From: Lingula anatina
Lineage: Eukaryota > Animalia > Brachiopoda
NCBI GenBank assembly: GCA_051362555.1
Contig: CM120647.1
Location: 17,398,651 to 17,462,650, forward strand
Length of the DNA stretch: 64,000 nucleotides
Direction of reading: 5' to 3'
This document shows, in pieces, positions 1 through 13,796 of this stretch. The notes beneath the pieces are model-generated. The model was not told the origin of the DNA. It ran no database searches and saw only the letters and a list, made by a program, of their open reading frames with translations. The position numbers and the translations under genes are program-made. Every line of letters starts with the position of its first letter. Positions within the stretch are counted from its first letter, which is position 1.

Positions 1-120
1 TAGGCGTTGTCGTAGTAGTAGGTGTTGTTGTAGTTGTAGTCGTAGTAGTAGTAGTAGGCGTTGTCGTAGTTGTCGGAGTTGTTGTTGTCGTCGTAGTTGT
101 AGTGGTCGTTGTAGTTGTTG
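1..120 (-). repeat. Coding low-complexity (ACN)n repeat encoding a Thr/Pro-rich mucin-like linker
   Basis: GTA/GTT/GTC triplets on +, in frame with the astacin exon 1-341 (…TKMPTTTTTT…). Confidence 0.9.
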
Positions 121-3100
121 GCATTTTCGTTATGACTCTCCTGGTAGTTCTCGGACGCGGAGTTCTAGAATCGTAGATAACCCTCTCTGCCGTTTCCTCC
201 ACGAAGACGGCTCGAAACGAAATCTGAAAGCCGCGCCTCTCTTTGGCGGGCAGAGTTTTCGTCTCCGAGGAACGGAACAGCACGGTGGCGAAGTTGGTCT
301 CCGAGATCATGGTAGCGTTTGGTTTATCTGTACAACAGAACCTTTAAAGAAGAAAGCAGTCACCGTGAAGTGATTTTTGTATAGGAAAAGAATTGCTTCC
401 CAGTTAGATGGCAACAAATTCGAAAGGTAGATAATTTTTTTTTTCAATGGCTTCATTTGCTTGAGAATTCAAAGGGCACCTGTAGCCTCCCCCTCCATGT
501 ATACTTGTAGATAGGGTATATGTATACAGTCATATAAGATTCCTAATTAAATGTATCTGTGTATTTATCGTCAACATTTCTCTGCCGTACCAGTATTACA
601 CCGAACATCAGTGGACGTTCATTTGATTTTTAGTGTTAGGTATTTTACAAACAACAGATCTGAGCAATTTGCAGCATTTCATTGATGAACAGTAGCTTTG
701 TTTAAGTCTATTTCTTTCAAGCGTTGAATACTACCACGACACCGTTCGACAGCAAATGGAATCCACTTACCAGGCGCCTGTTGTTCCCAGACTTTGACCA
801 TACCGGACCTCAACGTAGTCCACGCACGTGTCCAGGTAATACTTTCTACAATGGAGGCCAAACCTGGGCCCCGAGAACCGCATTTCTACCTTCATATCCT
901 GTGGTGCCTGGAACATGGATAAGATTATGGTAAACGGGATGGATGAAACGTACACATGCGCTGTGTGTGTCAAATGTATGGGTCAACCATCGCTGTTTTA
1001 GGAACATAGTCAACATATCTGAAGTCCTGGATTAAAAGCAGGCATGCACGGTAGGCGCTGCATGTTGCCTATATGGCACTTACAAGTCAGTTCTGAGAAT
1101 AAAAGATGTAGCTACTCAGTACGTCAAATTCAATAACAATAAATATAAACATTTATTAAGCAGAGAAATTGTTTTACATTTGCTGACTCTTTAAGTTACT
1201 GCAATAGTACCCGGTATAAGTATATAAGTAGTAGATAAGATCCATTCAAATACAAGTGGGTATTGTAAGCAGAAAACTTGACTGTGAAATTAAGTTTGGC
1301 ACTTATCATTTGTTTAGGGATGTGACTTTTTGTATTTATTTCATCACAAATTTAATTGTGGCAGTGAGTGGACTTTATAGAGTGGGAGGACACATATCAA
1401 TCAGTTATCTGCCGAAAGATGGAAAACAAAAAGGAAGTTGTGCTAACCTTGATGAGCCAGTTGCACTCCTGTTGTTTGGGGTATTGCCTACTACGACTGA
1501 CGTAACCTGGAGATCGTATGATTTGCCAGTAGTTGTTAGCAACCTTCACTCCACCACAACTTTCTGGAGAATACAGAAGGATTCCATCAGCTGTTGTGTT
1601 GGTATAACAGCTGGTGTTTAAACTGTTGTTTACATTTAATATTTTCATGTCTATATATCTTGAGTAACTGTCTCAGGAAATGAGGCTATCCAGGTGAATA
1701 GTCTATTGAATGTGAGATTCTCCTTTAGTACTAAATGTGTGTGATACTTTGTTATATTGGTGAAATAGCGTTAAATGGCAATATGTAATTTTTCATTTAA
1801 TGTACGCTAAAAAAAAAAAAAACTTAGAGTAACAAATAGTAAGAGATTCAAAACTCACCTCCTACAGAGGGCGCTGTGGTAGAACAGTAAGTGCCGCCAA
1901 TGCCGTCAGGACAGACGCAGCGGTCGCAGTAGTTAGGGTGCTGGTAACCATCAAAGCCACACTTTCTTTCCAATTTATTCCAATAACAGGAATCTAGGTA
2001 GAAGCAAAATCATTCATAAGGCCTGGACACGAATGAGGCGTCATTTTTGTCATGTTTAAATTCCAGTATGTTATGCTCGTTATTTGTAAGAAACAAAGCC
2101 TTATGTAGATAACGTGTCGCCAACAAGAACTATTACACTATAAAATGATGTACACCTAAGAAACAGTGCGTATTACGTGATCAAGAAGTGCGTAATACGC
2201 ATACACAATGTGTGTAGCATGTGATCTGCTCACCTCTACCTTCTCCCTGGCAGTAATACCGGTTGATGGTCTTTGCGTCATAGAATGCAATATTTTCAGC
2301 GTGGCCCATGGATTTTTGTAACAACGCATCTTGGGTTTTCATGGTTTTGTAATTCCACTGAGATGCGAAGATCTGAAAAAAGCAGCGATAATGATACTTA
2401 GAATGGGGATTCTAGTGTTAATGTTGCCACAAACCTTAAGTTATGGTTATGCACTTGCATAAGATTTCAATGTACATGTGGAACGTATAGTAAATATTCA
2501 TCGGACATTTCATTAAAGATTTCAGATTAATATTTCCTTTCGGTCAAAAGAGACAAGATTGCTTTTTTTTTCTACTCCAGTCGTTAAAAACGGAAAACTA
2601 TCTCACCCCAGCTTCGTAGTGCATGATAGACCCCACGTCGTAAGGCGCCCCGCTGGTGTTAGCGCTGAACTCTGATACCATACGGAAGGAGCTTTCAAAC
2701 CCCTGGAGTATATTGTCCCACATCACTGTGATATAGTCGTCCCTGTCTGGCCGCGCGTGTTCGTGCCACAACCCAAGCGCGTGGCCAAGCTCGTGTGAGA
2801 CCACCGATCTCTGTAAATGATATATACGTTTTAAGAGATGTACTTCTACAAATAATCCAAGTTGTAGAACATCCTTATCCCCAAATGAAAAAAGTATCGA
2901 CACAATTGTACAAGATAAAATGTATTCCATGCGCTGTTTCATTCGAAGTCTGGAATCGCTTGTAGCAGTAATCATTTTGAAAAGCGTAACTCACGTGAAT
3001 ACACTCGGGGCCAAGGTAGATGGGCTGGCGATTGCCTGTGGCGTATGGGAAGCGTGCTACAAAGGACATACACCTGAAAGAAAATGAGTTTTTTTTCTTG

Positions 3101-5031
3101 ATGATTTATTCTTAAATCCACAGTCCCATATGGTTTATCATAGCTTTGCATGTTATTATATGTATTGATATTGACTTCCTCTCTCTTTCTCTCTAACACA
3201 CACACATACACACACACACACTACTGTTTGTTATTGATTAACTGCACATCACCAACCATATATAACCCTTACAAATTTGATGAAAAAACCTTGAACTAAC
3301 CCTCCTATGGGTTTCACGAATACCATAACCGTGCTATCGAACTCCCTCTGGTCAAGTATCTCCTGGAAATACACGCACGTCTTCTCCTCCCAGTGGCGGA
3401 TAGCCGCTCGAATCACCTCTCTTTCGTCCTCATCTTGAAATGAGAATTCACAGATAGAATTTAATTAAGATAATTCCGTAAGCCTGATATTTTTATTACA
3501 GTCACTTGTATAACAGGGTGCTTGTTTAGAGGACGGCTAATGATGTTAAACGTAACGTTGAGTCAGCATTACTGTGTGTAGCGAAATATACACATTATTT
3601 TTATTAATTTATATTATTTAGCTTGTGGTGTGTTGTTTACCTTCTTTCCAAAACACTATCCCAAAAAATATGCTTCGAAAGTGCACAGAATTGATTGATT
3701 AGATGAAGGACTGTGTTGCTCACCATGTGTTTCATTTTCTGCCCTGTTAAAAGCATAATAAATAGGCATTGGCCACGCCCTGCTTTTTCTGGGGTTCTTA
3801 TACAGAGGATAGATCTTGCGTTTTGGTCTTCCTCTACATTTGTCTAGCGCTTCCTTAGCTTCCTCATACGTAAACATGATGTCCTGAAGCTTTATGTCTT
3901 CTAGACAGAATCCTTGGGGTGGGCACTGAGCAAATGGAAAAAGAAATGCAAGTTTAGATGAATGAAAAACAGTTTCCATGTTTGGGTTTTACAACTATAT
4001 TTAATACAACTAACGCCTTATTTTTCCTAGAAATGTACTCAAGAATCGGGTTACACTAAGTCACACTAAAAACGCTCAATGATACAACTTTAGATGTGCA
4101 ACGCGAGGTGACATGAAAAGGCTTTCACGTTTGAGTGCGGGCTCGATACATTTTACGTCCCCCAATGTCACGATTGCGTGCGATCTTTCAATGTGTATTC
4201 GATGCCATACACAGTTGTACTCATCACTTCGTTTTGGTAGATATGTATACATTATTTGCAGTCGGGTATCAGCGTTGTGTGGATCGGAGGATAAGGTAAC
4301 CGCAATGACTTCAGGTGAATCGTCGTCAGGCAATTATGGCGGGTGCCATAAAATTGGCTAACATTGAGAGGGTATCATGTAAATGGGGTCTTAGAGTTAG
4401 CACATGGTGAGAAAACGATGTGGTTTTCGTTTAACCACCACAGTGTTGATAAGCTTTTATGGAGGGTTATCTAGGTACAATTGCGCACAGTCTAAGGTAC
4501 TTGAAAGTTTTGAATAAGTTCTATACATGAGTGTCGTGATTGAGATTTGAAGAAGCACCGGTCCTTTGAACTTTCTGGTTATACTTTTGGATCATAGTTG
4601 TGATAGGATGAATACAAAAACTAAAAAAAAATCGCCACATTTTAGGTCAGGCAATGTCATCGTATCATCTGAATACAGAGATTTTGACAAAATGATACAA
4701 ATCATTGCTAACTTTGGTGACATTCTTGTGCCACAGCAGTTATTCGCATCAGTGATTTTCTAAATTTTCTGATAACCACGTTTTCCACAAACTCGCAAAA
4801 TGATAAAAGGTGATGCTGAATACGCCCTTCAGACCTATACCGAACTGATATTACACAGTATTGAAAAAGATAGACGGTTTTAAACAGAAATGACAATAAC
4901 ACACGACGCACCTGTTTTGATTGTTTCAAGCATAGGCACCTATGCAGTTCTCCCAAAACGCACGTGGTGGCTGTGAACTCCTCTTTGGTCATCCCCCGAT
5001 ACTTCTGCCATTCCCGAAGTTCATTCCTCTC
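1..5031 (-). CDS. Astacin-family (M12A) zinc metalloprotease, blastula protease 10/SpAN-like: propeptide-astacin-EGF-CUB-Thr-rich linker; 3' part runs off the window and the first (signal peptide) exon was not found
   Basis: Minus-strand exons with GT-AG ends and consistent phases: 4912-5031 (less certain), 3724-3925, 3301-3433, 2995-3073, 2607-2810, 2234-2372, 1859-1993, 1448-1563, 771-907, 1-341. Translation gives a furin site RPKR, WEEKTC, GCMSFVAR, zinc motif HELGHALGLWHEHARPDRD, Met-turn SIMHY, EGF CGFDGYQHPNYCDRCVCPDGIGGTYC, CUB (SCGG...IRSPGY...CNWLIKAP...CVDYVEVRY...FCC...GFQISF), then a poly-Thr/Pro tract at 1-120. Confidence 0.95.
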
Positions 5032-8000
5032 CTGGAATAATATCAAATAGAACGCTAAATTGGTATCATATTCCTTATTTAAAGGGTTAACACAGGTTTG
5101 TGTACAAGTAAACATATGCCAAGATGGCTACCCTTTCATGCATTTACTACTTGGAAAGATATTTCCCATATTGTCATTTATATGGAAAAATATATGATAT
5201 GATATGATATGATATGGTATCGCCCCTTTTTCATTTCTTGACTCCAAGAAAGGTGCCTTTCATTTCAGCAAAACACTATTGTGTTATAGGTATTGCTTCG
5301 AATGTTCTGCAATGTCAAAGTGTTTCACTATTTTCAGTTTATTTATTTTAATTGTTTATTCCCTTGTAGATTTAAATTCTAATTAAAAAATATATTCCTA
5401 AATCAAAATTTTGTGAAGCTGCTAAAATGAAAAACCAAGTTCTTTTATAGCTCTTTACAAGCGGGCAGATTCGTCTTCAAAGATATATGTACACCATGGT
5501 CACTAAGGGCAGAATTGACCATAACAAACTTTCGCACCGAAAATCCCCATCCAGGCACCGCCGATGCCCGCATACCTTCTCGCTTGTGACTTATTAGTCA
5601 AAGATAAAACGCATAACTTGCAGAGTTGTGGCGTTAGGGGTCAGATCATTAAGGGTTTCTGTGTCACGTCCTTAAGCATGAACTAGTTCTTGAATTCGTT
5701 CTGGTGACGTCCTCAATGAGGATAAAACGCGTCACCCTGTATCCCCTGAGAATGTGCTGTGTGCTTACAAATTACAATGTGGTGCAACGCTCCCGCCTTA
5801 ATTGGGTGCCACCGTCCATCTCTTCCATGCTTAGCACATTTCTGTACGGCCGTTTAACCATTAAGATATAGATTCGGTCCAACCATTTAGAATTAGGTGT
5901 ATAACAATGCTTGTGACGCATTTTCTGTGAACAAAATTGCGTGAGTTATTATCTGAAGGTCGTATGAAATTCCAGGCTCTTTATTTCACGTTTTATTGCA
6001 TGTTTCGTACAGATATATGTGCTACAGTTTCAGCGTCTCATTGCATTTTTATCGAAATAACGGTTTGCAAATTCGCATCAGTGCACGCTTCGTTAGTTCT
6101 TCTACCAGCTCCATGAGGCACCCAAAAGACTTGGTTCACAAAACAGTTGAACGCCAGGGTAATATTCTCTTGCACTGATGTTTGTGATGGGAAGCCGCAA
6201 AGGGTGGTCTCCGCGACCTTAGTCCTCTTTTATAGGCCATTTCACTTGCTATCAAAGAACCTTCAGCGTGGACCCTTAAAACATGCCTTCAAAAACCATG
6301 GCAATATTGCAACATAAAACGGAACATTTGACGCTGTAAAGTTGTGGGGTTTTAGATGAGGGCTTTTATGTTGGGGGAGGTTCGCTTGACATGGTTTAAT
6401 TACAGATGGGTTCAGCGTTGTGCAGTAATGTACAATTCAAGGGGATTATTTGGTGGCTATTTTTGTCGAAATCGAACCTCTTTGATAGAAACTGCATGGT
6501 TACAACACTGGCGATCAATAATGCCAAAAATTAAAGTGAACGTTCATTTCAATCTATAACTTAATTTAATCTTAAAAGATCCTATGAATTCGATGTTTTC
6601 ATTTTTGCATATCTTTGCAACGGTTTACTGTCGACAGGCTTTTAAGTTGCACAAATCACCATTCTTGCCTCAGATATCATTGGTCTAACGCGTTAAGGTT
6701 GTTTATTCGTGCCGTTGGCTTTGCTACAATAAAATGTGGGTATGAACATATTTCTTTATGGTAAGTGTATGATATAAGTTCAAGGTTTTAACGCGTTACC
6801 TTGACCCCTCTAACACGTGCAGGTATCTTCCGGGATTGTTGTCCTTTTTAACGACAAAATTGACGTACGCATATATAACCTTAGTGTGAAAATATGGACA
6901 ATAGCTTGTTTACGATCTCTATCCCCGTGCAACCACAGATACATGTAATAACTGGCTTACAGATCGTTGAATTACAGCATGGACATTATGTTAATGTCTT
7001 CATAAGATCTGGCTTCTCCACAGTTTCAAAGTATACCCCAACGTACGTGATATTACAAACAAATATGTTGTGACTGACCTCGGGTGATTATTTCAAAATT
7101 GGAATATTTTCATCCAACCCATCCAATTAGTTCTACTTTAAAACAAAAGACGCAACAAAAAGATATAAAAAAGTGCACTAGACAGCGCTAGGGTACAAAG
7201 GAAAAAAAGAACATAAAGATGCCTCCAATGAGATAACTGCCCAGAACTGACGTCAATGGTGGCATAGCGCTTCACATCAAAAACACTATATGGGTCACCA
7301 ATGAGGAAGATTACATTTTAAGAAATAACACCAAATATTGGCTATACAAATGGGTTAATTATTCATGTGTAATTTGACAAAGAAATGGCGTTTCGAAAGT
7401 GTCGCATTCTGTACAACATGATTGACAATAATTTTGCAAAGCATGGACGTTGTTCGATTTCACAACGGCTTCAGCTGGTTTTGAAACAACAGAAGGTGAA
7501 CCGCTAACCTTAGGTATAGCGTAATGACGACATGGGTATCAATCCTCAATATATAAACAGGACGCAAGGTACATTGTAAGGTTGATAAGTAAGTTATTTA
7601 AAAGATGGACTTTCTGTCTTGACCTGGGGTCATTTTTAGCGTGTCAATCTTACGAGAAAGTCGTTTTATTCTTCTACTAGTACAAGCGGTAAACTAGGAA
7701 GACGGGAATCATCAGCCTGTGATTAATGAAAGCACGTGCTTCTCATTCATTTTTATAATGTCTTGCTAGTGTGTACGGTTTGGGTGCATTCTATCATTTA
7801 TTTGGCTTGCCTGACTATTACGACTGTATGATAGTATGACATGAATCTAGATTAAGACTTATTTTTAAGCTACATTTCTCTCCTATACTCTAGCGGTGAT
7901 TATACTGAATACTAATATATATATAGTATGTGACAAGTTGCACAGTGAAACATCACATTTAATACAACTTTATGAACATATGCTTTTAAATGAACAGATT

Positions 8001-11000
8001 TACCGTTGCCTATCCTGTGAGAACACTTCATACACAATGCAGACCCATGTCATGTATAATACAAATGATAATTCCAAACTTAACAGAACCAGAAATTAGT
8101 GCCATTATGGGAAAGGGATGGTTGATTTTCATATCAAATGGAGACAGATTATCTTTATTTCTTTCATACTTCGTTCTCATTAAGCTATCACAAGGAGTTT
8201 AATGAGCTGTTTAACTATCCTTTTGTCCGTTAACGCGGGGTTGATGGGTGCGACTATTCACCGGGCTGAACGCAGACGACAATTTTAATGAGATATCATT
8301 TGCAAAATTTTAAAATAATTGACAGTAATTTGAATATTATTGGAGTTAGGACATTAGTACCCATCAGTTTCATGTATGATTTGTGGTAATTGTTTGCGTT
8401 ATAGTTTCCGAAACCAAGTAATTCATGGCTTTCTTTGTTTATGTTTTTGTCTGTGACACGGTAATTTAATCAAATTTATTTAGATACGTTTCACCTGCTT
8501 AAATTATCGTCCCACGTTCGATCCTTGTTTCCATGAAAATGCATTCCTTTATTCCGTGCCAACTGCAAATCAACTTTTACCTCATCTTTTGTTTTGGTTT
8601 TTGTTATGACGTCATAGAACTTGAATTAATTTGGGTTCATTCGCATTTTAACGTTCTAGGTTTGTTACGTTCTAGGTTTGTTACGTTCTATGCTCATTCG
8701 AAGAGGAGGATAATTGACGTGTAGATTTTACTTTTTTATACAATGTCACAAAAACATGAATTTATCAAGCAAAATTGCATTTGAGTAAAAGACATTGATG
8801 TCTTAATTTACTTTAAAAGTTTCAGCAAGGACGAATGTACTTTGACTCTCTTAGATACTCGTTTAAAAGGGCGTTTCACATTATGCTATACGGGCGAACG
8901 CCGATTTTAGCATGATGAATTCCCTGCAGTTTCGTCTCACACTCGTCCTCTTTATTGGACCAAACCCCAGTAGCCAGACTTTCATTGCTTTTAAATACAA
9001 CAAGTTACAACATCAAATCACCTACACTGGTGACTATGCTGGGATGAGGGAAATATATTTGAATACATTTAATTAAATGACACTTCTCTAACACCCAGCG
9101 GTGCCCTTAACCGAGTTCATTCATCAGACACTAAAAGGTGTGCGAACTTAATTATTCTGTTAACGATGAATAAAACATATGTTGTCACGAAGTGCCGCAA
9201 ATATACTGAGCGTTAATTACTGTAAAAATAACTAAAAATTGATGAATGTTTAAAAGAAGGTGTGCTGTGTTTTCTTACACGGGGCATATTTTAACTGCGA
9301 AACAGAAATTATCCTGTTTGAGTACTTTATTGGTTTAGCATTTTAAGAACATTGTTCTTGCCTTGGTTCTTGTCTTGCTAAAAAAGACATCCCAAGTGCC
9401 ATGAATAGACCTAAAACAGCATACTTCCCAACACTTCCTACCTAAAAACGGTGCATCCTAACAAACACTGGCGTCTCGGTTATACCGATGCTAATAGCAA
9501 GCATTTAACTACATCTAAAATGCTCGTTTGGGCCTAAGCGTTTTGAATGCACCTTGCAGTCATTAATGTATATTTGAAAAGCATAGTGGTCTCCCTCAGA
9601 CCCCATTTTCCCCCCAAGATGCCATTGCCGGGGCAAAGAGCGACGCGCTTCATGCCGCGGTTTTGATCGAGCGCACTACACCGCGACGTTTTGTGAATGG
9701 AGCTGGAGGCCATAAACCTTAAAGCTTGCTTTATGAAGGTGATCTCTGTCGTGTTGGTGCTTTTTACTTTCTGTTAATTTGAGGGATATGGTTTACGAAT
9801 TTGTAAGCCAGCTTGCATAATTTCTCAAACTTTTTTTCATTTGAAAGCCTTGCAGCCCTGGATTTGGTTGTGTGGTCTTCTGGGAGAAAACACAAGACAC
9901 CTGTTGTGGGTGCTGGTTTCACGATTTCCCCGCGTATGTCCAATTTCTCACGTTCACAAAGATTACCTTTCCTTTTTGTAAGTTTTTTTTTGTCATTTTC
10001 ATCAAATTTGCTATAAAGACAAGACGTGCTTAATTGTGTAATGGCGCCCTAAATTCAGACAAGCCAATCTGCCGCCTGCTTGAACTACGTGTGGAGTTTT
10101 TTTTTTTAAATTTATGACACTAAATTGCAAATACGGCCAGGTGTTCATACAGCACACAAAATGAATAATGAACTGTATGAATTTCATGACTTAAACCCAT
10201 TCTGTGTCACTTGTTCTTGACAACTCGTTGTTGTTTAAATTTGATAATTGTCAATGAATAAGCTTACAGGAAAGTAAAAAAAAACATAATAAACATAATA
10301 TAGTTAAAGCTACAACTCACGTCATCTGCCATCGTAATTGGGTTCCCCAGAACGCTTCCTACAAGGAGAAAACTCCACAACAAGCAAGTGGCTGCCAATG
10401 CCCAGCTTGGCCAACTTCCTGGTCGCATACTTCCTGGTCTTCCTTCTCACTTCGCACACCAACAGGTGTTTCTTAAAAAAATTTATGGGTTATGGAACAG
10501 TTATCTGATGCTGCTTCTCAATACGCAGAGAGTTTTCACTAAGCGTCCTTAGCAACCTTCTAGATACAGCGTCCCCGAATGCTGAAGTTTACAAAAACTT
10601 TAAACGTACAAAAACTTTAAACGTAACGCTTTGCTGCAATTACTGATCCTTCACGTGTACCTCTAATCCCTATAGTCTAGTTCTTCCACAGGTTTATTGT
10701 CAAGCAATCCAACTTGAGCTTTGTTCTGACTTGTTTCTGACCATACCCCCGTCTTTTTATCTGTCTGGGAGCGGATGTGGTTTAGCTCCATTAAATTCTC
10801 ACAAACGTGTCCATTACACAGGGCCATTATACAGACTGGAGAATGAATAATGACACGGACGGTTTACCGTCACGGTTCCCGAGCATCCAGTACTTCAGAC
10901 CTCCAGATGACGTCAGAGTCTTGTACTGGGTTTGTGACGTGCCGGAGAGAGGGCCGTGTAGACTTGTGGAAGATCTGGTTCGAGCTTAGTTCGAGTTTTG

Positions 11001-12134
11001 CCGCGCCCCTGTTGCAGCTTGCATGTGTTGGTTATTTGGTATACAGGAAGCAGGGATATGTTATCTAGTTATGTATGTAGATGTGGATTCGGGAACGTGA
11101 CTGGTTTTACAGGAGTGCACTGAATATTAGGGTTAAAATTTACTTGCGTATAGCCGATGTCTAAATGTTAACTATGAATACAATGGCTATTTGACAAGCT
11201 GGGCATTTTGAACCCTAGACGCCCTACCTCACTGGACCGTTCACACATAAATACAAATAATGAAGAAATGTAAAAATTATCCAAGCCTGCATTAAATCTG
11301 GTAAAATCTTGTAAAACGTTTTTATTCAGAAGATTTGCAAATTTGAGCACGACAATATTGAAATGCAGTTTGCAGTGGAATAAAAAAAGTGAGAATCAAA
11401 TACGTACCTGCATTGCAGCTGCAGCATTGTAATTTTCGATTTTTTTATATTGCATTTTATATTTTTTTAAATCAGGTACATGTACAACGACTGGATAACC
11501 TCCATTGTTAGGTTTCACGAGTGTTTATATATGTTGCATCAAGGTATATTACAAATCTTGCTTCAACGGTATGCCATACCCCTGATGATCATCTTTATTC
11601 GACATCGTTAGGCGATGAATTACCGGGGGTAGTTAAGGCTTCGTTCAAACCCTGGAAACGCCTCTGCCTCCGCTGAGGGATTGGGGCATTTAACCGCCTG
11701 CGATAGAAAAATAAAGTCTCTTTGCCAATTTGGAATTTTCTGTTACTGTGCAGCTCCAAAGAAGATATGAAAGGCTTTTTATTGCTATATTGGAACCAAG
11801 GGAAAGAATAATGCAAGTGTTTTTTGTATATAATCTGACTTTTTGCACCTATAAAAGTGACAGGTAAAGTGAAGCGGAGATTAATCACCTGCTAATAAAC
11901 ACTTCTCGTAACTTGTAAACTGTTCAATCATTTCTTGAATTATCATGATGTTCCTTTTTGTCATTATCTTCATCATTGTTATAATCAATTATCAATATAA
12001 CTGCCCATCATGCTGATTCTACTTCGCACCTTGACTGAGCCATGTGGATTTATTTAATAGTCTAAACACGCGTAAGTGCTAAATCTTCTGGCAAAATGCT
12101 TTTGCAACAGCGGGGCGTCAAACAGGTAAATATA

Positions 12135-13796
12135 CAGACTTGACATTTAATATGGAATATTTCAGTTTCGAAGGTATACCTAGGTAAAAATACGTTCTTT
12201 TTTCAAAAAATTCCGATCTCATATAAGATTTGTGAATGTAAAAGTGTGTAGTCAGGTGTGTCTCTACCAATTAACTGACTTTCATGCCTGTTGCGCTGCT
12301 ACATTATGTAATTTGCAGTGATTTAATTGGGTAGTGTTACTTTGGGCTGATCAAAGCTTTGCTTAGGCAAAGCTTGGTTCTGTCAAAAAAGTATCCATAT
12401 TTCGGCAACTACTGCATAGAAGAATTTGAAATTTTGCATGCAAGCGGTCAGTTTTGCAGTGCATAAGATGAGTCAAGTAGTGCATTACAAATTTGTTAAT
12501 CTAAGGCAGAATGGCCCGAAAAAGACAGACATAACCAGACAGATCATAGCGCCAAACGGAACGGTCCCCAAAGTTTTATAGAGTAATGCCCAGACTGATG
12601 TACCTACACAGAGGTCACCCCCAATGTATCAAAATCTTACCTACAGGGTACAGGACCCACTGTCTTTCGGGATACGCTGCTGCAAATAAACAGAAAACAC
12701 TTAGTCCGTTCAGAACGAGGGGTAAATTGCCACTAAAATGCGTTTTTCAAAGCCCTTAGCGAACACAAAACTGCTTTTAGCAGGTAAGAACACCAAACGA
12801 CCTCCGAGGCACCAACTGTATACAGCAAAACATCGTCGTCTGTTTCTCTAATGAATTAGGGGCCATGACCGTTTCTGGGTAGAACACTGAAACTGCGTGG
12901 CTTTCTTTATTGGGGTCAGATTTCACCTGTACCGCCCAATTAGTCAAAACAGAGTTTACAGATATCCAGAAAAGGCCTACGACGAAGCATATGCTGGGTC
13001 TAAAGTGACAAGGGCGATTGACAGCGTCAGTATTTGGAGTAGATACCACATTGGTGCCAAAACACCAATGGTAGTCAACGACGAAAACCTGAACCAGATC
13101 AAATTAAGGAATAATCTCGGAACCACTTGACTAGCATTTGATAGGGGGCACCTTAGGAACAATTCTAGGTTGCACGATGAGGTTGCAGGTTCACACAGAG
13201 CACTTTTAATAGCAGATAACTTACAGAACCAAGGGAATGAGCAGCTACCCTGGTCATCAAAATCGCTACATTTAAACCACATAGACAATATTTCGGTAGA
13301 CCATTACTCGCCAATCAACTGCCTACATGTCCTACAACAAAACTGGACCAGATTGGACAATTTTAGACCGATGCCTGGAATGCTATTCCAGATTGAACTC
13401 TAAAAACCTACCCCCAAGGAATGCCTTGCTGCTTGAGAGCTCTGGCAACAGCCACGAAGAGGCCAGGCGTAACAGCGACCATTACTGTGACTAGCAACTG
13501 ACATGAGGGTCTTTTGTGGAGCGTATTACCTTTTTACAGACCATAATTTGGAAAATATGGATATCCAAAATATCTCTTTTAATGGAAGTCGTATGACATA
13601 GAACAGGCAATGTGTTTTTGTTTGCTTCTCTGGCGAATTCCATTAATGAACTGATGTCACAATGACATCAAAGAGATAATTTAAAGTTATTAAAACACGA
13701 TTTTAATCCTTATTTTCATTTATCAGTCAGCAAAATGGGAAAAAACTGATGAAAAAATTTTTCGAAAAAAATATTCCATATTAAATGTCAAGTCTG
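12135..13796 (+). mobile_element. Tc1/mariner (Tc1-like, DD34E-type) DNA transposon with decayed transposase
   Basis: Perfect 28-bp TIRs CAGACTTGACATTTAATATGGAATATTT (12135-12162 / 13769-13796), TA on both flanks. Internal broken ORFs resemble Tc1 transposase: RFHL…RVYRYP…SVSIW…KTPMVVNDENLN and HDEVAGSHRA…LPWSSKSLHLNHIDNI (cf. WPxxSPDLNPIE). Confidence 0.92.
12511..13500 (+). pseudogene. Degenerate Tc1-type transposase
   Basis: ORF fragments 12897-13130 and 13170-13403 match Tc1 DDE-domain motifs but carry stops and substituted catalytic positions; outer limits approximate. Confidence 0.8.
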
